A stretch of 64,000 bases of DNA from a virus (lineage: Duplodnaviria; Caudoviricetes), in IMG/VR virus record IMGVR_UViG_3300005077_000489, positions 64,001 through 128,000 of that record; one strand, written 5' to 3'. The notes beneath the pieces are model-generated. The model searched no databases, was not told the DNA's origin, and worked only from the letters and a program-made list of their open reading frames with translations. The translations under genes and the position numbers were made by a program. Shown in pieces: positions 19,901 through 31,900 of this stretch (the stretch's first letter is position 1; each line of letters begins with the position of its first letter).

Positions 19901-22900
19901 AGAACATAAGGAGAGCATCTAGAGGTTTCGTTCCTGCTGATTACCCTCATATTAAACCTATTTATGATTTTCCTAAATTCTTAGATACAGAATCTTCGGT
20001 ACAATACAAAAGTCATGGTGACCAAGTAAAAATGAGTGCTGTACCTCTAAGGTGGGGTAATATAGAAATAGGTTATGGTACTAAAAACAAACCATTAGAT
20101 CCAGCTACAGCTAATGCTAGATATAGGCCTTTTATAGAAGCTACCCAGGACCTAGTCCCAGTAATGAAAGATTGGGTAAAAGAGAACAAGCATCGCATAG
20201 ATTTATATGGTGAGTTTGGCGGGTTAAAAGATAAATTAGTATGGTTTGATGCTAAGGTAGCAAACAAAACTTTGAGTCCTGATGATTTTAAAAAGTTAGC
20301 TGAAGAGTTAAATCTGAAAACTACTGAAGAATTATATAGAGGACCAGTAACGAAAGAGATAGTTGACAAAGTATATCGTCAAGTCACTCCCTTCAGAAAA
20401 TTAGAAGAAGGCGTTGTGGCTAAAGGATTGGAGATTGATGAAAGAACAGGCTTCCCTAGAATGGCTAAGTTTAAGACTAAGCCTTATCTAGTGGGGGAAG
20501 AGACGCGTTATCCTTGGCAAGACTGGGGTAGTGCAGAAAGGAAAATAGAGGAGAGGCATAAGAAACTTATGGAGAGAGCATTTTCTCCATTTGATAACAT
20601 TGAAGAAGGGATAGAACAGGACCCTACAAGATCTTTTACACCCACGGAAGCCCAGCGTAGAGAAGGCTTATATCCAGAAAATTGGCCGGTTGTAGAAACT
20701 ACCAAAAAACGTGTTGAAGAGTATCTTAAAGGTTTAGATGATAAATTTTATCAGTCTGCCGAGAGAGCGAAAGAATTTCCTAAAGGTACTAAGTTCTTAG
20801 TACAAGCCCCGGGTGTAGAGCCCATTCCTTCCTATGCTAAGGATGCTGTGGTTATTTCTAAAGAAGAATTAAGGAAAACCATCTTTGGTAAAGGGATGCC
20901 AGACTTACCTTATGACCCTGTTCTTGTATTAAATTCTAGAAGACAGGTTCCTAGGTACCCTGAAGCAATTCCTATTTCTAAGGAACGCGGTTTTATGTTT
21001 CCTGGCGAGGCTAAAGAGGGTGATGTAGGTAGGTTTGTCATACACCAGCATGATGCCTTAAGGGCGGGTCCCCACCATGACATGCGTATTGAGTTAGGTG
21101 GTCAATTACAGTCTTGGGCAGTTCCAGAATTTATTCCGGAAAAGATGGGTGAACGTAGGTTAGCCATAGGTCCTACGGCACACCATGCCATTGACTACTA
21201 TCAGAAGGGAGATTACGATATTCCCAAAGGTTTTTATGGTGCCGGTCATATGTCAACATTTGATACGGGTAAAGCTACTGTAGAAAGTGTAAAAGAAGGT
21301 TATGTTACTGTACGATTAGAGGGAGTAAAAGGACTAGCTGATGGTACTTATTCTATCATAAAATATGAACCTAAAGGAGAAGATACAAGAAAAGGACAGT
21401 GGTTAGTGTCTAAGGTTAGACCATTGTCAGAAAGAGACCCAGAAAGAGCAAAGAAATTATACGGTTTTAGTCCATCCATAGAGTTAGATGACGAATTGGG
21501 GGCAGGAGAGGGTAGGTATGGACAGGGTAATATAAGGTTATTTACCCCTGGTAATAGAGCAGAGATGCGGGCTTTTATGAATGTATTACAACATGAAAAA
21601 GGACACGCAGCAATAGATTTTGCAGCACCTAATATTGCTAGGGATATAATGGCTGGAAAACAATTTCCTGGTGTTGATACCAAGAAACTGCAAAGTTATT
21701 ATATGCAGAAGTATGGGGACCGCGGAGATGATGAGGAGGCAGCAGCGAATGCATTAGAAGAGGCTATTGCAGGCGGGCTACGTACAGACGAAGACCAAGA
21801 AATATTAGACGAAATTAGCAAACTGCAAGATGTCATAGGTGAAAAAGCCGGAATGGCATTTGCAGGTACATCACCACAGAACGAACTTTCCTATATTAGA
21901 AAACTATTCTCACCAGTACAACAACCGTACACAGTTTATACAGATGCAGGCTCTAGAGGTAACCCCGGTCCTGGGGGTGCTGGTGCCGTAGTATTTGACC
22001 CACAAGGTAAGAAGGTTTCAGAACTTAGTAGATACTTAGGAGAAACCACAAGTATGGCTGCAGAATATCAAGGGCTTATTATGGGATTAGAAGAAGCCCT
22101 TAAACATTCTGCCAAAAACATTCAACTTAAGTCTGATTCACAAGTAATGGTGGGGCAGATGAGAGAGGAGTTTAGAGTTAAGAATGAACAAATAAAAGAA
22201 TTAAAAAGACAAGCAGACTTACTTAAAGCACAATTCGAAGGTTTTAATATAGACTATATTCCCAGAGAACAAAATAAATTAGCAGATAAATTGGCTAACA
22301 GGGCTATGGACTCATATCTTAAGTCATATTCGCCTGCCGAAGATGACGTAGACCGTTTTGGTAGTCCTATTATTTATGATTATAATAAATTGACAAGTAG
22401 CCCTAATTGGCTTCCCCGCGGTATGACTGCTAAGGCTGTTTCCGCTGCTGTAAATGGACAATTTATAGGTGCGGCATCTTATTCAACTGCCTCTCCTGAA
22501 TACACAGGGTTTGGGGAATTATCTATAAAACCGGAATATAGGCGTAGTAGTAGAGTTGCTGGTAATTTGATGGAGAAGGTAATAATAGATTTAATCAATA
22601 GTGGTAACTTCAAACATACACGTCCTCTCACCCCAGTCGCTGATACTCCAGAAGCCATCTCTTTTTGGGAGAGTATAATAAAAAGAACACAGAAGCCTTC
22701 AAGAAATATAAAAGAGGCATTCTTAGCAAATAATGTGACTCCTGATGATCTTTCCATGGTTGCTGGTAGATTACAGGCTGAAATAGACATAACCAAGGCA
22801 TCTAAGTTTACTGATGTAATAAAGAGGATCATTGAAGAACCTCATAATTTAGGGGAAGAACTTTCTAAACTGACAGAGACTAATCAAGCAAAAGTAATTA

Positions 22901-25900
22901 GAGCTACCCAGGCAGTGTTGGCTAAAACAAATGATGCCTCTTATCCAAAGATAGGTATTAAACCTACTGCTTTTTCTGAGGGATTGGATTTTAAGTCTAA
23001 ACTCCGCTCTGAAATAACATCATTATATAATTACGGTAAAGAAGGTGCCAAACTATTTTTTGGGTCTTCTGGTTCTGGTTCTTCCATAACTGAATTTACA
23101 AAGAATATAGCAAGGGGTATATGGGATGACCTAGGTAGATTGGGAAAATTCTCATTAGGTACAATGCGCGGTTTGAGGGCGTATGCACCTGTAGAAGATT
23201 TAGTTCGTAGTGGTGAGATAAAGATTGATGACACCCCATTTAGAGCCCGGGGGCTAACGTCCGAGAGAGTCAGAAACTATTTAGGTAGAGGATATGCTGT
23301 TGGTATGGGTGGGGGCGGTAATATATATATGCCTCCTGATATTATACAATCATATCAGAATGCCACTGGCGGACTTAAACAACAGTATGGTCAATCTATA
23401 ATGAAAACTTATTTTCATGAAAAAAGGCATCTTGATATCGATGCTGCTCCAGAGAAAATAAAGGAAAAGTGGAGACAACTTGCATCTGACAAGAATACTG
23501 ATATAGGTAAATTAGTTAGTAGCTTTATAAATGAGGCTATGCTTAGCACTTCCAGGGACGTATATAAGAAACAATTTGAGGATGCTCAAAAGAAATATGG
23601 AGAAAATATAGGTTCCGATTTCTTAAATTCTTTTGCTGCTAGGTGGGAAGCCTTACAAGAGATAATTGCTGGTCATCCGGAGATGCGTTCTGCTAGTAGT
23701 AATCAACAGTTAGTACAAAAAATTCGCAGTGATTTCTATGGAGATGTAAATAAGCCTATACCTGGATTTGGTCCCAGTGCTAGTGCCTTTTCTCCTAATT
23801 TAACAGATTATAAAAATTTCAAGAACATTAAAAAGGGCTACGAAGAAGAGTCGGATACTGGACTATTACATAAGAAAAAGGTAGCTTTAAAATTTGGGAT
23901 TCCGCCATTAAAAGGTCTGTTGGGAGAAGATATCGATATTTCGGAATCTCTACAATATTTAATGCATCCGGCTATGAGGGAAAGAAGACTTATGGGACTC
24001 CCCCAAAGAATGATAGATTCAAGAAATCCTTACTTAGCTGGGATGTTACGTAAAGGTTTTGGTGCTGGTGCTGGCTTATCCCTAGAAGGAGAACTAGGAG
24101 TAGGTCCTTACAAAGTAGAATTAGGTGGTGTAGGCTTTGGCAGATATGGTAAGAAAGATGAGGAATTTTTTGCTGATAAACCCAGTGAGATAATAGGACT
24201 TTCTAGTTTGGAACCCGTCAAACGTCCAATTGATTACGTGGGTTTGAGCCCCGGTGCCGAACACGGTTTGTTGGCCGCCCTTAGGGCAAATACTAACGCT
24301 CTACTACGTTCATCTTTTATTACGAAGGATATGCCCGTTGGGTTACTTCCTACTATTATGCAGGACATAACTAAAGCGTACAGGGTTCCTGCTACTGATG
24401 AGACCCTAGGCAGTGCTTTTAGAAAATTTTTTGGCGGCACTTACGACCTTGCAAAGGGTACTATGAAAGGTGCTATAGGTCTTCCTTATACATTAATAAA
24501 ATCTCCTTTGGATATATTTAAATCCGGTAAGGATACAGATTCCAGGTTTTGGACTGGTGTTGGTCAACAATTCAATGGTATTTCTGCGGGATTATCAGAA
24601 CTTTCTACATACAAGAGTGGTGCTTTCTTGGATACAGATTTAAAAAGTGCCTATTCAACCAAATCAAAATCTATTTATGATATAAAGAATATTGTAGATA
24701 TGGAGTACGATAAATTAGTAAGAAAGTTAGAATTTGGTTTGGCAGTGATGGAACCCGCAGATTTAAAGCGTAATATATCTGATGTATTTACGGCTTATTC
24801 GGACACGATGGATAATATGTTTAAAAACCCGTCTAAAGCCTTAGCCGAGGAGGCTGCTAAACAAAAAGCAATACTGGAATCAGTATTGGGAAACCAATGG
24901 GAGACTCCCCCAGCGACACAGCGATTAATACGTGGTGGTGCAACGCTGGGTCATGGGGTGTCTTCTATTTATAATCGATTACTGAAAACTTTGGAAGAAA
25001 TAGGTTATGCTACGGGTGGTGTCGGAAAGGGAGTAGGCTATTTAGCAACACACCCTAAAGACATATTACCCGGAATTATGTCTTCTATCCGAGGACTATT
25101 ACCAGGGAAGGATATTACTGGTGTCGGGTTGTTGGGTGAAACTTCCAGACAATTAGAGCAAATCTATGGTACCGGGATGTTAAGAACTTCTGATGTAGTA
25201 AAGTTAGCCGGGTACGGTGTATCACCAGAACAAAAAGTTGGGGGGTTACTCTCGCGTGCTTCAAAATATCAACCTGTGACAGCCGCGGACCGTGCTATGA
25301 GAGAAGTTCTTGGTCTCAGGGAAACCGGTGCAATTGTGGGAGATATCACTAATACAAAAGGAATCTTGGGTGCTCTAGGGCATGTTGTGGTCAAACCCAT
25401 ATCTGCTATTGGTGAAACTATGACAGATATGGGTAAGGCGTTTGGTTCCTTTAATTTAGTAGAGATGGTAAAAGCTCCTCTAATCGGTCTCTTAAAGCTA
25501 GCCCCAGTGATCGGTCATACCGTTGCGGGTGTTCAAGAATTTAGGGAAGAAGTAGAGAAGGGTGCTTCCCCTTACACATCATTTGTTAGCGAAGTCGGAG
25601 AACAAATCATAGAGGGAATTACTATTGCATTAGGTGCCGCCGCAGGTACTAGAGTTGGTCGTCCTGCAGCCGCCGGGTTAGCTAGTATAGGTGGTAGGGG
25701 TCCTATGGCAGCCGCTAAATATTTACCAATTGCCACTGGTATAATAGGTAGTATTCTAGGAGGAATTGGTGGTGGTAGAATAGGGGAGTCTTTTGAAAAA
25801 GGTATGTTCTCTATGGTGGGACAGACCTCTCCTAAGTCTGTAGCACGTTCTATTTGGGAGCAAGAACGTGATAAGCGATCTCTAGAGGAAGAGGGTCTAG

Positions 25901-28900
25901 ATAAAATACTACCGGATTACCTGGATGAATCCAAAAAAGAAGAATTAGCCAATATGCAAAAATGGTTGGTCCGTGGTGGCGTAGTTGGCGGACTATATGG
26001 TGGTATGAAGGTTCCTCTTCAAGGTGGAACACTTTCACGTTTAGTCTCTATGGTCGCGGGTCCTACTCTAGGTTATCTCGGTGCCAAAAAATTAGGAGAT
26101 GTCACGATGGGTCGTGCTTCAGAGAAGGCTAGAGAAGACTATATGGAAAAGACTCTTGGATTTCGATCTTTTTCTCCATTATCTTCACAAGAGAAATGGG
26201 ATATTCCTAGGGAAATACGCGGGGTTACGTCTGAGAAACTCAAAGGAAAAACCTTAGATGAAATAATTTCTACTTTCAAAGAGTTACAATCTGAAACGTT
26301 TAGTGGTAGCAACTTAGATAAGCAGAAACTGTTGACATCACAGAAGGCTGTTACCCAGTTTATGTCCGAGATCTATCTTAGCAGAATTGAAGAGTTGAGA
26401 GATCAACTGAATGTCGCTGCTAAAAGTGGTAATCAGAATTTAATGGCAAAACTCCGAGCAGAGATTGATAGGTATATAGTTTTTTATATAGGGAATGTAC
26501 TCAAGTCTTCTACTGGTGCACACGCAGCCGCCGATGCTTTTAGGGTGCGGTCTATCGGTGGTTTTGTAGGTTCAGAGGACTATGAAGCACGTTCTACAGG
26601 TCGTCCCCAATCTTTCGATGAGGTTATAAGTCTCGATAAATTCTTGGAGAGGGGTCTTAGCGGTGTATCTAGGAAGGCTGTAAATCTATTAAGGAATTTA
26701 TCTGATACGGGTGCTTCTCCAAGGTCTATATATCAAGAAATAATGCCAGGAATTCTGAAGTCTTCTACGAATATCCCAAGAGACGTTACGGCTGTGCATA
26801 CATATTTGAAATCTGTAGTTCATGAACTAGGACAAACCCCAGATGTTAATATAGACCAGTACCGTTATTGGAAGTCATTGGAAGAATATTTCCGGGCCAC
26901 CGCAAAGCAATACAGAGGAAGTAGTCGGTTCGACTTTGGAGATCTACGTTCTGCTGCTCCGATAACACCAGTTGGTTTACGACCGGAGGACCAGGAGACC
27001 TTTAATGCAAAAACTGTAGATTACTATAAAAAAATGTTGCAGGCCAACCCAATGTTTAAGGAGGGTGCTACTGTACCACTAGAACTTAAAGTTACGGATG
27101 AGGCTGGTAATGCTTTAAAAAATATAAGAGTTGACTTAACAAAAACAAAACACGCGGCGGACGGCGTTTCCATGTCCATAACAGATATGAATAAAGTTAT
27201 GGCACAGAAAAACACTCTGTTTGGTGCAGTAGAACTAACTTCTAGATTTATTTTGGCGGGAGCAACTGTGGGTGGGTTAGTTAATGAACTAAGGACTATG
27301 GCTTCCACTATTGCTCAAGTAGAGTCTGGTATGATGGAACTAAGAAAGGTTATGGAACCCTCTATAACCAACTTTGACGAGATACGTAACTCTGCTCTTA
27401 ATATGGCTAAAGAAATGGGTGTTGGTATTAATGATGTCATACAATCTATGGTAGTTTTCGGGCAACAGGGTGATACACAAGCACAAGTAATAGAGAAAGC
27501 GAGAACATCTGTTATGGCTGCCGCTATAACTGATATGAAAGCTGCAGAAGTCACTGAATATCTTACATCTGCGGTAAAGCAATATGGAGAAGAGATAAAG
27601 GAAACACAACGTTTTCTGGATTCTTGGATAAAGGTTGACGTACAGCATGCCATAACGGCTACTGAATTATCCAAAGCAATGCTGCGTGTTGGTTCCGCTG
27701 CTAAAGAAGCTGGAGTCGGTTTCCATGAATTAAATGGTATTGTGACTGGTATTGGCTCTGTTACTAGACAAACCGGTAGAGAAGTTGGTACTGCTCTACG
27801 TTTTATTTTTAGGAATCTCCAAACTACTCAAGTTAAAAACTATTTGCGTAATATACTAAATATTGATACGTTGTTACCGAGCGGTTCTATAAAACCGGCT
27901 ATGAAGATATTTGATGAATTACAGGCAAAATGGCAGAATTTCTCTGATGCTCAAAGGATGCATGTTGCACAATTGGTTTCCGGTGCTAGACATTATAATG
28001 CTTTTCTAGCAATGATGAATAACTACTCAGAAGTATTAACTGCTACACAAGATTCTATACACTCTGAAGGTTATGCTCAAGCTCGTTTGAATATGCAAAT
28101 GGATACGCTAACTAAGAAACTAGCACAAGTCAGAGCGGCTTCAGAAAGATTATATGTTGACTTTGGTAAACTAGCCCTGGGTCCAATGAAACTCGTAGCG
28201 GATGCCACAACTTCTATGATTACTGCTTTTACTCTAATCCCTGATACTGTAAAACAAGCTATATTAGCATTAGGTACTTTTGCCGCTTTTTCCGGTAAAA
28301 TAGAAAGTGTTATTTCCGGTTTGCAAAATTTTGGGGTGGCTAGCGGTATGTCAGATACCTTTTCTAATTTTATGTCTTTTGCTACCTCCCCAATTTCTTC
28401 AGTAATGAAAGCGTTCTCTTCTGTTCAGGGGGTCTCTGGGTTATCAGAGGTAACAACTACATTAGGAAAGATGGCATTCATTGGTATCTCTGCTGGTAGA
28501 TCTTTTAATAGTTTGTTCAGCAGTATAGGCAAAGGCGCAGGAATTGCCCTTGGTTCTGTGTCACTACTCGCTGCTGCAGTTGGAGCTCTGAGTGATTCAC
28601 ACACAGGAATGTTTAAATTGGCTGGTGCTTTCGGGCTTATAGGAGCTTCTGCTCTTATTAGCAGCGGTATTATAGGGTCCCTAAGCGGCTCCACTACAGG
28701 TTTTATTGGTTCCTTAGCACCTCTGGCTGTAATTGCTACTGTTATCTATAAAAACTGGGATAAGTTATCAGACGTTTTTGGCGGAGTAGGAAATAGTATA
28801 GAACGTTTACAGAAACAGACTGAAGGTATAGGGAGTATCACTAGCAAGCGTTTAGAAATTAGTGAAATAACTACAATATTTGGTAAGGCGAACTTATTAG

Positions 28901-31900
28901 GGAGAGGTCTCAGGGAAGCCAGAGTATCATTATCATCTTCCCAAGGCTTAGCAGAGGAACGCGACAGAGTCTTAGGAAGTATGGGCGAAGAGAGTTCTTA
29001 TAAGTCTTTAGTGTCCAGACAGATAGAATTCAATGATTTACAGAGCAAGGCTCTTAATAAAAGTATAGAATTATTACCCCAATTAGCCGATGGTTATGAT
29101 GCCTTTGGTAATGCCATAATGAATACAAATATAAATGCCAGAATCCTCCTGGAGACTATGGATGACCAATTGCGTGTAGCACAAGACATGGAAAAAGTTG
29201 ACTTAGCTAAGTTAATGACAGAAAAATTATTTCCTGTCGATTCGGTAGGGAAAACAATAAGAGATAGTTTACGTTCTATTTTGAGTATAATTCCTAGTGC
29301 GGGAGAACAATGGGCGGAAGCATTATTCCCTTCCTCTGCCTTTGAGAAACAGCAGCGTTTACTAACAAAGATGGGTGGGCAGAGAGAAATGGCTTCTCTA
29401 TATGGTAATATACCGATGCCACCCTTTATGTCTAATTCTCTAAAACAAATGCATCGGGAATTAACAAAAGTAAATTCCGAATTAGATGTGGAACTTAAGA
29501 AAATAGGAGATAGATTACTTTCCGTAAGCAGGGAGACTTCCCCCAAACAATTCCTAGATATGTTGGCACAACCGGAGTTCGATAAATATTTAGAAGTGTC
29601 TGGTGGTAGAAATATGCATATTCAAAGGCAATTAGCTGATGAATTCTTTGGTGGAAATGTAGGAGAATTGCAACGTGCATTACTACCTACTACCAGTGAG
29701 CCAAGAGCACTATGGAGACGCCGCGAGTTTGGTATCACTGGTGGCGGTATAGCGGATGCTTTGGGATTACCTAGTTCTTATAGAGTTAAATCTCCAGTAA
29801 GAGACCCGTTTGGTAGTGCTTACAGGGAGCTATCCAGTCCTACAAGATATATGTTAGAACAGTTCAATCCACAAATAGTTTCTATTGGTCAGTGGTTAAA
29901 TGATGGATATAATGCTTTAGGGCAAACTGTTACGGAGTCTTTTATAGGGGCACTAAAAACAGCCTTCAAAGCCCTTGATGTTACTGAACGAATCTCTAGA
30001 GAAGTCGGGGTAACATTATCAATGATAGGAGAACAAGGTGGATTACGACAAACATTTGTTTTGATTGGTAAAGATATTCAAGCGATAGCACTTACTATAA
30101 AAGAGTCCTTTCTCAGAAGTATTGATGATTTGGGGGCAATGGTTTCTCGCGGTGCCAGAGCAATAGCAGGGGACGAAATAGCTAATGCATTTAATAAGTG
30201 GGTAGAAGAAGCAACCAAGAATACAAAAATTGCCATAGACTCATGGATAATATGGTCTAAATCTGCAGGACAAGCAATACAACGCTCTTCTTTTGGGAGA
30301 GAATATAGTAATATCACCGCAGGTGGTAATCTGGGAGACATATATTCCAGGGCTAGTACTAAGGGTATGTTGGGAGATGTATATGCTGGTTTTGGAAATG
30401 TACGAACTGCTATTAGTGACCAGTGGTGGACCGGGAAAACATTTCCTATACAGGGTTATAGACCACCAGAATATAATTGGTGGCGTAGTGGGTATGAAAG
30501 GCGTATAGGTATAAATAAACCTGAACAAGTTTTTAGTGTAGATGTAGCATCTCTATTTACCAAGGGTTTAGGTTCTGACTTCTTGTCTACTATTCTTACC
30601 TCAATAAGCCCGTCACTTAATTTGCTTATTCGATCTAGGTATCAAGCAACTCCGCAAGAAACATATGCTAGGGAGCAAGCGGAGATGGCACGCGGAGAAG
30701 CACCGGGTTACTACACTCCTCCTAGAGAGATGTACCTTAGAAGAGACTTGAATGCTCTTGGAGTAACCGCTGTCTTAGATGAAATAAGTGTTGCATTAAC
30801 ATCCTTCTCTACTATGTGGAGAGACTACGGCGATATAATGCGGCAAGAGTACGGTTTTATACCTGAAGGACTAAAGACATTAAAGAATATGTGGCTACTT
30901 GGTGTCAAAGAGACTGGTTATAGTGCATATGAGACAACTACACAAGAGGTTCTTCCTAATATGATGAAGATATATCCTCCACTTCATCTTACATATAATT
31001 TGATGAAGCCAATGAAAGAATTCGTAGAGTATTTGACCTTTATTCCTGCAGCTATAAAAACTGTGGCTGGTGAAGTAGTAAAAGCTGGTGGAGTATATAT
31101 GCAGGGTAGAAAAGAAGTCGGAATAGAACTAGAACCAATATTTTCTATCTTAGAGAAATATCTTGGAGGAGTTGCTGCCCCCGCTGGGTTCCTCTCTGTA
31201 GACATAATGCGACTCTTGTCCAGGATATTTGTTGATTATCCGAAGGATGAGATTACTAAAAGAATAGTGGAGAAGGAAATTGCACCAGGGGAATTTGGAC
31301 CTAGGAAATCTTTCGGTCAGCTAAGTTTCAGAGAATTATTTACATATTTAGTTACAGGAGTTCGACCCTCTGCTCCTGGTACTGTTCCTACTGTAGTAAC
31401 TCCTGGTGTACGTGCTCCTACACCTGCCGAAAGGGCGGAAGAGACGGCAAGGAGACAAGCAATAACAGATGAGAATTGGAGAAGGCGAAGAGACCGCGGT
31501 GAAAGAATAGTTGACGATTGGATGGAAAGTTGGAGAAATGCTACTGTGAGTACCAGTAGGGCACTTGCTTCTTGGTCTGATATAGTTATGGCTTTCTCCA
31601 ATGATGTAGGAATTTCTATAAAAGATGTGTCTGGTATGGCGAGAGAATACATATCGCAAGTTCAGGGTAATCAAACTAAATATACCAAACAAGTACGTTC
31701 TTTTGTAGAGCAAGCATATGACAATTTATTGAATACTTCTATTAAAGCATATCAGAACGTACAAACGGCACCTATTAGAGAAATGTATGATAAAATAGTA
31801 GGACAAATTTCTGACAGGATTTCTACCGCTACAGAAGGTATAGACACTACTGCTCTGAGAGAGGGTATAAGTAAGTATATGAATAAGGCGGTAGAAGGGG

